A stretch of DNA of 64,000 bases from Candidatus Omnitrophota bacterium (GTDB lineage Bacteria; Omnitrophota; Gorgyraeia; JAHJTE01): assembly GCA_018830005.1 (NCBI GenBank), contig JAHJTE010000001.1:129332-193331 (forward strand), written 5' to 3'. The translations under genes and the position numbers were made by a program. Below the pieces are notes generated by a model that saw nothing but the letters and a program-made list of their open reading frames with translations, had not been told where the DNA came from and searched no databases. How positions within the stretch are numbered: the first letter of the stretch is position 1; every line of letters begins with the position of its first letter. Positions 9,704 to 22,222 of this stretch are shown one piece after another.

Positions 9704-10727
9704 ATCTAACCCTGCCAAATCAATCAAGGCAATTATTCTTTTCTCAGGAGGGCTTGATAGCACCTTGGCTGCTCATCTTGCCAAGCAACAGGGACTAAAA
9801 CTAGAGGCATTAAAATTTGTCAGTCCATTTTGCATGTGCAATAAAAAAGGTGGCTGTAGTAATCATGACTCGCCGAGTACCCTTAAGAGTTTGGGCATAG
9901 AATTAAAAACCATAGACAATACGAACGAGATGTTAGAATGCGTCAGGAAACCTAAACATGGCTATGGTTCAGGATTAAATCCCTGTATTGATTGCCGCAT
10001 TCTTATGTTAAAGAAAACTAAAGAATATATGCTAAAGATAGAGGCATCTTTTGTAATTACAGGTGAGGTCTTAGGACAAAGGCCAATGTCTCAGAGGCGA
10101 CATATCTTGCAATTAGTCGAAAAAGAATCAGGATTAGACGGTTTAATCGTAAGACCGCTTTGCGCACAATCACTGGAAGAAACTATTCCAGAGAAAAAAA
10201 ATTGGATAGATAGAGGAAGGCTTCTCAACATTGTTGGCAGAGGTAGAAAAGAACAAATCGCAATTGCTAAGAAATTAGGTATCAATGATTATCCTTGTCC
10301 TGCTGGTGGATGTTTACTTACTGATCCTAATTTCTGCAGAAGGCTTAAAGATTTGATGAATTATAAGCCTGATTTTAGTTTAAATGATATATTACTGCTT
10401 AAGCTGGGTAGACATTTTAGATTAAATCAGGACTCTAGGCTGATTGTAGGCAGGAATGAAAAGGAAAATAATGCGCTTCTCAAACTGGTCAAGGATGATG
10501 ATTTGATGATTACACCTGAAGAAACAATAGCCGGTCCAACAGCCTTAGGCATAGGCAGATTTAACACTCAACAGAGGCAATTAGCATGTTCCATAGTAAG
10601 TCGCTATTGCGATAAAGGAGTGGCTTCTAGGGTGAGAATAGACATAGAAGATAGAAGGACTCGAAAGAAAGAGTACTTTGATAGCCCGCCTATATCTAGC
10701 GAGAGCTTATCCAGTTTAATAATATAA
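9684..10727 (+). CDS. ThiI/MnmA-like PP-loop tRNA sulfurtransferase family protein
   Basis: SGGLDS PP-loop, NPCIDCR, TGEVLGQRPMSQ, PAGGCLLT. Confidence 0.75.
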   Translation: MCAELTKSNPAKSIKAIILFSGGLDSTLAAHLAKQQGLKLEALKFVSPFCMCNKKGGCSNHDSPSTLKSLGIELKTIDNTNEMLECVRKPKHGYGSGLNPCIDCRILMLKKTKEYMLKIEASFVITGEVLGQRPMSQRRHILQLVEKESGLDGLIVRPLCAQSLEETIPEKKNWIDRGRLLNIVGRGRKEQIAIAKKLGINDYPCPAGGCLLTDPNFCRRLKDLMNYKPDFSLNDILLLKLGRHFRLNQDSRLIVGRNEKENNALLKLVKDDDLMITPEETIAGPTALGIGRFNTQQRQLACSIVSRYCDKGVASRVRIDIEDRRTRKKEYFDSPPISSESLSSLII

Positions 10728-10750
10728 ATTCTTTCTGGAAATGATTTAAC

Positions 10751-10799
10751 TTGACAGCTTTTTTATTTTCATATATACTCTACTTAGTTGATAGGGATT
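10751..10799 (+). promoter_or_regulatory. Sigma70 promoter with overlapping Rrf2-type operator
   Basis: TTGACA-17-TATACT (10751-10779) followed by the imperfect palindrome ACTCTAC-N7-ATAGGGA. Confidence 0.6.
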
Positions 10800-10817
10800 A
10801 TAGAAAAGGAGATACTC

Positions 10818-11270
10818 ATGCATATTAGTTATAAAGGTGATTATGCTTTAAAGTCAATGCTGGAGTTGGCCATACGTTTTCCTGACACAACAACAACCAT
10901 TACAGAGTTAGCCAAAGGGGCGGATATTCCTTTTAAGTTTTTAGAACAAGTCCTCTTAGATTTGAAACGTGCAGGGTTCTTAGAGAGTAGGCGCGGTACG
11001 CATGGAGGATATCGCCTTGCAAAACATCCGGCAAAGATTACTTTAGGTGAAGTTGTGAGGTTTATCGAAGGCCCTATTGAACCTATTGCCTGCGCTGACA
11101 AAAAATCTTTATATAAAGGTTGTAAGGATGTATATAATTGCGTATTTAGAGATATCTGGACTCGTGTAGCCGAAGCTACAGCAGAGATTATAGATACGGT
11201 TACATTTGAAGATTTGGCTAATAGGTTTTTTGCGCGTGCAACAGCTAGTTCACTTGATTATTGTATATAG
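10818..11270 (+). CDS. Rrf2-family regulator (IscR-like, three Cys)
   Basis: SYKGDYAL, FLEQVL, SRRGTHGGY; C-x9-C-x5-C; upstream of nifU/nifS. Confidence 0.9.
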   Translation: MHISYKGDYALKSMLELAIRFPDTTTTITELAKGADIPFKFLEQVLLDLKRAGFLESRRGTHGGYRLAKHPAKITLGEVVRFIEGPIEPIACADKKSLYKGCKDVYNCVFRDIWTRVAEATAEIIDTVTFEDLANRFFARATASSLDYCI

Positions 11271-11382
11271 GCTTGACAATTAACTCAAGCCGTGTTGTAA
11301 TTGTTTGATTGAGAGAGGCTTTTTTCGGTTGTTTCTCTTTATTGTCATATTAATATTCTAATTTGTATAGCGGAGGTTTATA

Positions 11383-11604
11383 ATGCGCGAGAAAGTAGAG
11401 AAGGCACTCGAAAAGATTCGTGTTATGTTAGCCAGCGATGGCGGAAATGTAGAATTAGTTGATATTAGTGATGATGCAGTTGTAAAGGTACGTCTTAAGG
11501 GCGCTTGTTCAGGATGTCCCATGTCTAGCATGACATTGAAAAATGGTATAGAACGCATGCTAAAGCAGGAAGTTCCTGAGGTTAAGAGCGTAGAGGCTGT
11601 ATAA
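11383..11604 (+). CDS. NifU/NfuA-domain Fe-S carrier
   Basis: DGGNVELV and GACSGCP motifs. Confidence 0.9.
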   Translation: MREKVEKALEKIRVMLASDGGNVELVDISDDAVVKVRLKGACSGCPMSSMTLKNGIERMLKQEVPEVKSVEAV

Positions 11605-11614
11605 AAGATTTAGT

Positions 11615-12787
11615 GTGAACGATATGAAAAGAATATATCTTGATTACGCGGCAACAACGCCTACTGACCCGAAGGTAGTCGAAGCGATGAAGCCATTTTT
11701 CTCTGAGCGCTTTGGCAATCCTTCGAGTTTGCATTCTTTTGGCCAGGAGGCAAAACAGGCGATTGAAGAGGCAAGGAGCACTTTAGCGCAATCTCTAGGC
11801 GCAAAGCCAGAGGAGATTATCTTTACTTCTGGCGGCACTGAATCAGATAATATGGCGCTCTTTGGAGTGGTTGAGGCCAAAAAAGACAAAGGTAATCACA
11901 TTATAGTCTCAGCTATAGAACATCATGCTGTGCATGAGCCGGCAAAGCTTCTGGAAAAACGCGACACCAATGTAACTTATATCCCTGTAGATAAAGGAGG
12001 CCTGGTTAATCCGGAGGATGTTAAGAAGGCAATTAGACCTGAGACTATTTTGATTTCCATAATGCATGCGAATAACGAGATCGGCACTGTCCAACCGATA
12101 TCGGAGATTGGCTCTATTGCTAAGGCCAAAGGCATAACCTTTCATTCAGATGCAGTCCAGACAGTCGGACATATCCCTATTAACGTTGATGAGCTGAATG
12201 TTGATTTGCTTTCACTTTCTGCGCACAAATTCTATGGGCCTAAAGGCGTGGGAGCCTTATATGTTAGGAAAGGCACGCGCATAGGGCGTTTTTTACATGG
12301 GGGCGATCAGGAAAAAGGCAAGCGGTCATCAACTCATAATACTACGGGGATTGTTGGTCTGGGAGCGGCTGTAAGGCTTTGCCAACAGAATTTGGCCAGG
12401 GAAGAAAAAGAACAAATTGCATTAAGAGATAAATTAATTAAAGGCATACAGGATAAAATACCTGATTGTCTATTGAATGGTCATGTTACTAAACGGCTGC
12501 CTAATAATGTAAATTTTTCCTTTAAATATGTTGAAGGCGAATCTATTATCTTGAATCTGGATATGTTAGGTATTGCAGTCTCAACTGGATCTGCCTGTAC
12601 ATCTTCAAATCTTGAGGCCTCTCATGTATTGCTTGCCATTGGCCTGTCCCATGAATTAGCGCATGGCTCTTTGAGATTTACACTCGGACGCTGGACTAAA
12701 GAAGAAGAGATAGACTATTGCCTGGAACAATTATCGCCAGTCATTGAAAAGTTGCGTCAGATGTCACCTCTTTATCCGGGAAAATAA
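11615..12787 (+). CDS. nifS: Cysteine desulfurase (NifS/IscS)
   Basis: YLDYAATTP, SAHKFYGPKG (PLP lysine) and STGSACTS (catalytic Cys). Confidence 0.95.
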   Translation: MNDMKRIYLDYAATTPTDPKVVEAMKPFFSERFGNPSSLHSFGQEAKQAIEEARSTLAQSLGAKPEEIIFTSGGTESDNMALFGVVEAKKDKGNHIIVSAIEHHAVHEPAKLLEKRDTNVTYIPVDKGGLVNPEDVKKAIRPETILISIMHANNEIGTVQPISEIGSIAKAKGITFHSDAVQTVGHIPINVDELNVDLLSLSAHKFYGPKGVGALYVRKGTRIGRFLHGGDQEKGKRSSTHNTTGIVGLGAAVRLCQQNLAREEKEQIALRDKLIKGIQDKIPDCLLNGHVTKRLPNNVNFSFKYVEGESIILNLDMLGIAVSTGSACTSSNLEASHVLLAIGLSHELAHGSLRFTLGRWTKEEEIDYCLEQLSPVIEKLRQMSPLYPGK

Positions 12788-12796
12788 AGATTGGTT

Positions 12797-13570
12797 TTAG
12801 AGGCGCTTTATTAAATCTTGAGCTATTTTCTTGCCGGATAATAACATCCCGCCGAATACTGGTCCCATTCTTGGGCCGCCAAATACTGCATTAGCAGCCA
12901 TACCGCTTACATATAGACCAGGACATACCTCTTTAGAATTCTCTACTGTCATATCTTCAGCTACCTCTGCCCACATCGAACCTTCACCCACGATTTTGCC
13001 TGTTTTTGTATTTAAGCGTATGCCGGATTTTCTCTCGACAATATGCACGACCTCTGATGCATGGCCTGTAGCATCAACTACATATCTTGCTCGCATGGTA
13101 ATTGGGTCTACATGCAGATTAGCCATTTCTACTGAAGTCCAATTTAATACCAGCCCGCAAATGCTATTTTTCCTTATCATTACATCCTCAACGCTCATGA
13201 GGTTAAATATTTTAGCGCCCGCCTTGACTGTTTTTGAGCAAAAGGTTGAGACCGCCTCGATAGAATCTGCCGTGTAATATCCTTTTTGATAAACCCTAGT
13301 CTTAATCCCAAATTCATCAAGGATTTTCTTTGCCTCATTCTGAATTACTATTTCGTTAAACATTATTCCGCCGCCCCACATGCCGCCGCCAACGGATAAT
13401 TTCCTTTCAAAGATAACCACCTTTTTATTTGCCTTGGCTAAATAATAGGCACAGCACATGCCAGCTGGGCCTGCTCCGGCAATAGCCACGTCTACATCAA
13501 GTGCGGCAATAAGTTTTTTATTATAGGTTTCTATTATTGCCTTGGAAATCGTTATTTCATCCAGTTTCAT
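12797..13570 (-). CDS. thi4: Sulfide-dependent adenosine diphosphate thiazole synthase (His-type Thi4)
   Basis: [24 protein letters not shown] and [14 protein letters not shown] motifs. Confidence 0.95.
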   Translation of the reverse strand: MKLDEITISKAIIETYNKKLIAALDVDVAIAGAGPAGMCCAYYLAKANKKVVIFERKLSVGGGMWGGGIMFNEIVIQNEAKKILDEFGIKTRVYQKGYYTADSIEAVSTFCSKTVKAGAKIFNLMSVEDVMIRKNSICGLVLNWTSVEMANLHVDPITMRARYVVDATGHASEVVHIVERKSGIRLNTKTGKIVGEGSMWAEVAEDMTVENSKEVCPGLYVSGMAANAVFGGPRMGPVFGGMLLSGKKIAQDLIKRL

Positions 13571-13616
13571 CTTACCCCCGTTTTTAAAATCATTTTTTCA
13601 ATTTATTTATATCAAT

Positions 13617-13644
13617 AAAAAACCCTTATGCCGAGCATAAGGGT
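13617..13644 (-). terminator. Intrinsic terminator of the TPP riboswitch expression platform
   Basis: Minus strand ACCCTTATGC-TCG-GCATAAGGGT followed by a T run. Confidence 0.85.
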
Positions 13645-13651
13645 AATTGCA

Positions 13652-13748
13652 GAATCTTTCCTCCGCTGGCATTATCCAGATCAGGTTCTTCGGGTAATCT
13701 GCTAACGTAAGCAGAACTCTCAGATCGCTTCACGACCTCCCCATATTT
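13652..13748 (-). ncRNA. TPP riboswitch
   Basis: Minus strand GGGG...CTGAGA...ACCC.AAGAACCTGATCTGGATAATGCCAGCGGAGGAA; upstream of thi4; TTGACA promoter at 13784-13789. Confidence 0.95.
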
Positions 13749-13892
13749 AATTGCAATCTTAGTAAAACATATCAGAGGCTCTTTGTCAAGAATTTTAGAA
13801 CCGGAAAGCTTTTATCTTGCTTTGTTAGGAGTTTAGTCTTAAAATACTTCTGTATCTTTGCTATATATACCTTGCTACCTCTGTTAAAAACC

Positions 13893-14855
13893 ATGAACGA
13901 GAAGATTCTAGAACACTTACGTAAATCCGATTCTTATATTTCTGGCGAAGAACTAAGCCATAAATTAAAGATTAGCCGTGCCGCAGTTTGGAAAAATATC
14001 CATACACTTATTGACGAAGGCTATGAGATTGTTGCAGTGCCTCACCTTGGTTACAGGCTGGAAAAGCTCACTCCCAAACTTCTTCCCAGGGAGATTAAGT
14101 ATAATCTTAATACTCAATTTATAGGGAAAAATATTTTTTATTTTGATTCACTTTCTTCCACTATGGATAAAGCAATGCAGCTTACTTTGGATGCTGCGCA
14201 AAATGGCACTGTTGTCATTGCCGAGTCTCAATCTAAAGGAAGAGGCAGACTCGGAAGGTCTTGGATATCTCCCAAGCACAAAGGCATATATTTTTCATTG
14301 ATTTTAATGCCCAAGATAATTCCCCAACAGGCATCAATCCTAACTATTGTAATTGCTGTTTCTGTTGCTGAAGCGATAAAGCAGACCTGTGGATTGGATC
14401 CTACAATAAAATGGCCAAATGACATTTTACTTGGTGATAGGAAATTAGGCGGTATATTGGTAGAGATGAACGCGGAGATGGACATCATTAAATTTGTGAT
14501 AGTAGGCGTAGGTCTAAACGTCAGTCAGTCCAAGACACAGCTTCCTACGGGGGCAACATCTTTAAAAGTAGAAGGCGCTAAGGAAGTAGAAAGGGTCGTG
14601 ATTTTACAAACGATCCTAAAAAGAATTGAGCAAAATTATTTAAAATTTACTAAGGAAGGCTCAAGTTTCATTATCCAGAAGTGGAGAGATTTTACTTCAA
14701 CGCTACATTCGCGAATTAAGGTAATTTGCCAGAAAGAGCATATCGAAGGAGAGGCAGTAGATATCGATTTAGACGGCGGGCTATTAATCAGGAAGGATTC
14801 CGGCTTTGTCGAAAAGGTTATGGCGGGAGATGTTGTTAGATTGAAGAGATTGTAA
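13893..14855 (+). CDS. birA: Bifunctional biotin ligase/repressor
   Basis: N-terminal HTH (ISGEELS..LKISRAAVWK), GRGRLGR, KWPND and KLGGIL. Confidence 0.95.
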   Translation: MNEKILEHLRKSDSYISGEELSHKLKISRAAVWKNIHTLIDEGYEIVAVPHLGYRLEKLTPKLLPREIKYNLNTQFIGKNIFYFDSLSSTMDKAMQLTLDAAQNGTVVIAESQSKGRGRLGRSWISPKHKGIYFSLILMPKIIPQQASILTIVIAVSVAEAIKQTCGLDPTIKWPNDILLGDRKLGGILVEMNAEMDIIKFVIVGVGLNVSQSKTQLPTGATSLKVEGAKEVERVVILQTILKRIEQNYLKFTKEGSSFIIQKWRDFTSTLHSRIKVICQKEHIEGEAVDIDLDGGLLIRKDSGFVEKVMAGDVVRLKRL

Positions 14856-14881
14856 ACCTCAAATTAATATTTAGTTGACAG
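14850..14881 (+). promoter_or_regulatory. BirA operator (bioO)
   Basis: TGTAAAC-N16-GTTGACA matches the BirA consensus; lies upstream of bioB and overlaps the birA stop codon. Confidence 0.8.
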
Positions 14882-14938
14882 TTGTTTTGACCCTACTATA
14901 ATTGTAGTAGGGTTTTTTGTTAGGCAAAAGAGGTCATT

Positions 14939-15913
14939 ATGCGCAAATTCATAAAGGTCCTGGCAGAGGAGATTATTGGCGGAAAAGACTTAAGTCTTAA
15001 AGAAGCCGAAGACTTAATCTCTCTTAAAGGGTGCGACCTGCCTCTATTATTAGAGGCAGCAGCTAGAGTTTGCCAGCATTTTCGCGCTAATAAAGTAAAT
15101 TTATGCTCTATTACCAATGCCAAAAGCGGCGCCTGTAGCCAAGACTGCAAGTTTTGCGCACAATCTGCCGCTTATAAGACAGACGTGCCTGTTTATCCTC
15201 TAATAGAGCCGCAAGAGATGTTGCGCAGAGCAGGCCTTGCGCATGAGTCTTTTTCTAAGAGATTTTGTTTTGTTACTAGCGGAGAGAGTCTGGGAGAGGA
15301 TGAATTTGATAAAATTTGTGAGGGACTTCACTTAATCAAATCTAGATTTTCCGATTTAAAACTTGATGCCTCTTTAGGATTTTTAACTCAAGGTAGGGCC
15401 AAGAGGTTAAAGCAAACAGGCCTATCCCGCTATAATCACAATCTAGAAACGTCCTCTGATTATTTTCCTAAAATTTGTAGTACGCATACATACCTCAAGC
15501 GAGTTGAGACTGTTCAAGCGGTGAAAGAAGCAGGTCTTGAGGTCTGTTGCGGCGGTATTTTTGGGTTAGGAGAATCTCAACAAGACAGGCTAAAACTCAG
15601 CCTTGCCTTAAGAGACTTAGAGGTTGATTGTATCCCTTTGAATTTCCTCAATCCCATATCTGCTACACCTCTTGGACATCAGAAAAAGCTAACCTACAAA
15701 GAATGTTTAAAGATTATATCTATTTTTCGTCTCGTCCATCCTAGAAGAGAAATAAAGGTCTGCGGCGGAAGAGAGTCTGTTTTAGGTAACAAACAATCAT
15801 TAATATTTAAGGCTGGCGCTGATAGTATTATCTTCGGTGATTATTTGACTACTAAAGGAAATTCCCCCAATCAAGATTTAGAAATGATCAAGGCTGCGGG
15901 GCTATCAATATGA
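14939..15913 (+). CDS. bioB: Biotin synthase
   Basis: NAKSGACSQDCKFCAQS, YNHNLET and GDYLTTKG. Confidence 0.95.
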   Translation: MRKFIKVLAEEIIGGKDLSLKEAEDLISLKGCDLPLLLEAAARVCQHFRANKVNLCSITNAKSGACSQDCKFCAQSAAYKTDVPVYPLIEPQEMLRRAGLAHESFSKRFCFVTSGESLGEDEFDKICEGLHLIKSRFSDLKLDASLGFLTQGRAKRLKQTGLSRYNHNLETSSDYFPKICSTHTYLKRVETVQAVKEAGLEVCCGGIFGLGESQQDRLKLSLALRDLEVDCIPLNFLNPISATPLGHQKKLTYKECLKIISIFRLVHPRREIKVCGGRESVLGNKQSLIFKAGADSIIFGDYLTTKGNSPNQDLEMIKAAGLSI

Positions 15914-17085
15914 GTATTGACAGTTTTGTTTCTAGTGTATTAGAGGAAAGAAAGGATCAGGGACTTTTTAGGACCCTAAAGACATTAGAGGGCGCTCAGG
16001 ATAGGATCGTCTCTTTTAATGGCAAGAAGTTAATTAATTTTTGCTCTAATAATTATCTAGGCCTGGCAAATGATCCACGCCTAAAGCAGGCTGCGATTAA
16101 GGCAGTAGAGGCCTTTGGTACAAGCTCTGCTGCTTCAAGGTTGACTTGTGGCAGTTTCCGGTTGCATAAGGAACTTGAGGAAAAAATCGCTAAATTCAAG
16201 CATAGCCTTAGCGCCTTGGTTTTTAACAGTGGTTATGTTGCAAACCTAGGTCTAATCTCAAGCCTTATACAAAAGCACGGGGTAATTTTTTCTGATAGGT
16301 TAAATCATGCCTCTATTGTAGATGCGATTATATTAAGCCGGGCCCATATAGTTCGTTATAATCACAATGACATGAGTCAGCTGCAGGATCTCCTAGAAAA
16401 ACACAAAGATGCAAAACAGAAATTAATTGTTACTGATACGGTATTTAGTATGGATGGTGATTTGGCTGATTTACACAGAATTGTAAATCTAGCAGAAAAA
16501 TACCATGCCTCTGTCATGGTAGATGAGGCTCATGCTACTGGCGTTTTAGGCCCTAATGGTGGAGGTCTGGTGGAAGAGTTAGGCCTCTCGGATAAAATAG
16601 ATATTCAGATGGGGACATTAAGTAAGGCCTTGGGGAGTTTTGGCGCCTTTGTTTGTGCTGATGAAAATCTAGTCCAATATTTAATAAATGCAAGTCGACC
16701 TTTTATTTATACGACAAGTTTGCCAGCAGCAGTTTTAGCTGCAAGTATTAAGGCAATAGAGATTATCCAAAAAGAGCCGCAGCAACGCCAAAGACTTTGG
16801 GGCAATATAAGGTTTATAAAACAAGGCTTAGCCGATATGGGCTTAGGACCCTTGAATAGCTCATCAGCAATTATTCCCATATTAACCAAAGAAAATGAAC
16901 TTACTATGGAATTTAGTCAAAGGTTATTTGATAGAGGTATATTTATTCAGGGTATTAGACCACCCACTGTTCCTAAGGATCAGGCACGATTAAGGCTAAC
17001 TGTTATTGCCAGTCATACTAGGGAAGATTTAGAGCGCGCCTTAGCGGCGATTAAGAAGACGGCAAAAGAACTTAGGCTGATTTAG
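15910..17085 (+). CDS. bioF: 8-amino-7-oxononanoate synthase
   Basis: SNNYLGL, NHASI, DEAHA, GTLSKA and IRPPTVP. Confidence 0.93.
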   Translation: MSIDSFVSSVLEERKDQGLFRTLKTLEGAQDRIVSFNGKKLINFCSNNYLGLANDPRLKQAAIKAVEAFGTSSAASRLTCGSFRLHKELEEKIAKFKHSLSALVFNSGYVANLGLISSLIQKHGVIFSDRLNHASIVDAIILSRAHIVRYNHNDMSQLQDLLEKHKDAKQKLIVTDTVFSMDGDLADLHRIVNLAEKYHASVMVDEAHATGVLGPNGGGLVEELGLSDKIDIQMGTLSKALGSFGAFVCADENLVQYLINASRPFIYTTSLPAAVLAASIKAIEIIQKEPQQRQRLWGNIRFIKQGLADMGLGPLNSSSAIIPILTKENELTMEFSQRLFDRGIFIQGIRPPTVPKDQARLRLTVIASHTREDLERALAAIKKTAKELRLI

Positions 17086-19876
<2,791 letters not shown>

Positions 19877-19877
<1 letters not shown>

Positions 19878-20992
19878 TGAAAAATAAACGCGTTGTCGTA
19901 GCTATGAGCGGAGGAGTAGATTCTTCAGTCAGCGCCGCACTTCTTAAGGAGGCTGGCTATGAGGTTATTGGCATTACTATGTGTTTTGGAAAGGCAGTTG
20001 GAGAATCAGGTAAAAGACCCCTCTGTTGTGGCTCGGAAGCGATTGAAGATGCTCGAAAAGTTGCCAATGTACTAAAAATCAAACACTACACTTTAAATTT
20101 CTCCAAAGAGCTGGAAAGGTATGTTATCAGAGATTTCTTAGGAGAATATCTAGCAGGCAGAACTCCAAACCCTTGTGTTCGCTGCAATAGATTTATAAAA
20201 TTTGATGCCTTGTTAAACAAGGCACGTGCCTTAGATGCAGAGTTTTTAGCTACAGGTCATTATGCGCGGTTAGAATGGATGCGAAAAACCAAATGTTATT
20301 TATTAAAGAAAGGCAAGGATAGAAATAAGGACCAGTCTTATTTTCTTTATTCAATAGAGAGAAAAAATTTACCTTTTATTTTGTTTCCGCTCGGCAAATT
20401 AGAAAAGAATCAGGTTAGAGGCTTGGCTAAGAGATTTAAGTTGCCTGTGCATGAGAAGCCGGCAAGTCAGGAGATCTGTTTTGTTCCCAACGCAGATTAC
20501 CGTGGATTTTTGAAAACCAGATTATCTCAGATGAAGAGGAAAATAAAACCAGGACCTATTCTGGATCTAGGAGGCAATCTCTTGGGTCAGCACCAAGGCA
20601 TTGCATTCTATACCATTGGTCAGCGGCAAGGTTTGGGAATAAGTTTCAGAGAGCCTTTGTATATTGTTGATATAAATGCTGCCTCTAACTCTATAACTTT
20701 AGGCAGAGATAAAGATACCTATGCCAAAGGCCTGATTGCCCAAAATCTGAATTTCTTATATCCTGTGAATAAACCAAGGCTTGATTTAAAGGTAAAGATT
20801 CGCTATAATCAGCCAGATGTAAGGGCAAAGGTGAGTCTGTCTGACTTGCCAAATCAAAGAAACACCAGCAATATAACTGCAGAGGTCAAATTCTCCAGGC
20901 CGCTTAGGTCTGTTGCAGCGGGTCAGGCAGTAGTATTTTACAAACGTAACTCAGTAATCGGTGGCGGTGTAATCACAGAGAAGATAAGTTAG
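19877..20992 (+). CDS. mnmA: tRNA 2-thiouridine(34) synthase
   Basis: AMSGGVDSS, TPNPCVRCN, ATGHYA, KDQSYFL and SQEICF. Confidence 0.95.
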
Positions 20993-21012
20993 CGTAAGGC
21001 TCAAATTAAAAA

Positions 21013-21918
21013 ATGCCGGAGATAACAGAAAAAATCCAAAGATTAAAAAAAGAACACAAGGCAGTAATTCTGGCCCATAATTATCAGCTTCCGGAAACTC
21101 AGGATATTGCTGATTATCGTGGTGATTCCTTAGAGTTAAGTCGTATTGCCTCCCAAACTGATGCCAATATAGTTGTTTTTTGTGGAGTACATTTTATGGC
21201 TGAGACTGCCTCTATACTATGTCCTGACAAAAAAATCATTATGCCTGAGATTAACGCTGGCTGTCCTATGGCGAATATGATTACTGCAGAGGATTTACGA
21301 GAACTTAAAGGAAGGCATCCAAAGGCAATAGTTGTTGGCTATGTAAATACTTCAGCAGAAGTTAAGGCTGAGCTAGATTTTTGCTGTACCTCAACTAATG
21401 CTGTCCAGATCATAAATCATCTAAGAGATCGTGAGGAGATTATATTTGTTCCGGATAAATATCTGGCAGATTTTGTTTCAAAAAGCACAGGTAAGGTATT
21501 AATCGCCTGGGATGGTTATTGTCCTACGCACGTAAAGATTATGCCCGAGGATATAATCCATAGCATACGCCTATATCCTGAAGCTAAGGTTATTGTTCAT
21601 CCTGAGTGTCGTCCTGAGGTTATTGCCCTAGCTGATGCAGCAGTCTCAACCGGTAAGATGTGTAAGTATGTTAAGGATGTAGATGCAAAGGAATTTATCA
21701 TAGGAACAGAAACAGGAATGCTTCATCGTCTAAGTAGCGATAACCCTCAAAAGCGATTTTTCCCTGCCTCAGAACATGCAACTTGTCCTAATATGAAACG
21801 CACTACTTTGGAAAAGGTGCTTTGGTCTTTAGAAGAGTTAAAAGAAGAGGTAAAGGTACCAGAGGAGATTCGCAAGAAGGCAAAAAAGGCGATTGATAAG
21901 ATGCTTGCTATAACTTAA
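21013..21918 (+). CDS. nadA: Quinolinate synthase
   Basis: LAHNYQ, CGVHFMAE, AGCPMA, HPEC and CPNMK. Confidence 0.95.
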   Translation: MPEITEKIQRLKKEHKAVILAHNYQLPETQDIADYRGDSLELSRIASQTDANIVVFCGVHFMAETASILCPDKKIIMPEINAGCPMANMITAEDLRELKGRHPKAIVVGYVNTSAEVKAELDFCCTSTNAVQIINHLRDREEIIFVPDKYLADFVSKSTGKVLIAWDGYCPTHVKIMPEDIIHSIRLYPEAKVIVHPECRPEVIALADAAVSTGKMCKYVKDVDAKEFIIGTETGMLHRLSSDNPQKRFFPASEHATCPNMKRTTLEKVLWSLEELKEEVKVPEEIRKKAKKAIDKMLAIT

Positions 21919-21961
21919 TATAAGACAAGGAGTTATGACAAATAATTTATTTCATTGCCCC

Positions 21962-21990
21962 TTGTCGTTTAGCGATACCCATGGTATACT
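21962..21990 (+). promoter_or_regulatory. Sigma70 promoter for the riboswitch/giant-protein transcript
   Basis: TTGTCG-17-TATACT with extended TG. Confidence 0.65.
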
Positions 21991-22001
21991 TGTGTATAGA
22001 T

Positions 22002-22031
22002 AATTTGGTAAATTGGTAATTTGGTAAATTT
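22002..22031 (+). repeat. 8-bp-period direct repeats (TTGGTAA x3), putative operator
   Basis: TTGGTAA at 22005, 22013 and 22021, just after the predicted TSS. Confidence 0.7.
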
Positions 22032-22033
22032 CG

Positions 22034-22128
22034 CCTTTTGAAAAAGGAAACCTCAGGGAAACCTGAGACACTCAAAGCAAATACCTAAGGCCGACTATTG
22101 AGGCTATGGTGGAAATGCTGCCAGGAGG
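22034..22128 (+). ncRNA. c-di-GMP-I (GEMM-I) riboswitch
   Basis: P1 CCTTTTG/CAGGAGG, P2 CTCAGG-GAAA-CCTGAG, CAAAGC junction, CCTAAG/TATGG tetraloop receptor, GCTGCC end. Confidence 0.85.
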
Positions 22129-22136
22129 ATAAAGAC

Positions 22137-22172
22137 CCCTTGGCGAGACGAAAAAGCCAAGGGATTTTTTTT
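22137..22172 (+). terminator. Intrinsic terminator of riboswitch 1
   Basis: CCCTTGGC...GCCAAGGG followed by A and T8. Confidence 0.85.
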
Positions 22173-22222
22173 GTAGTCTTTCTAAAATGTTTTAAAAAGG
22201 ATAAGAGTCATATTAGGAGGTA

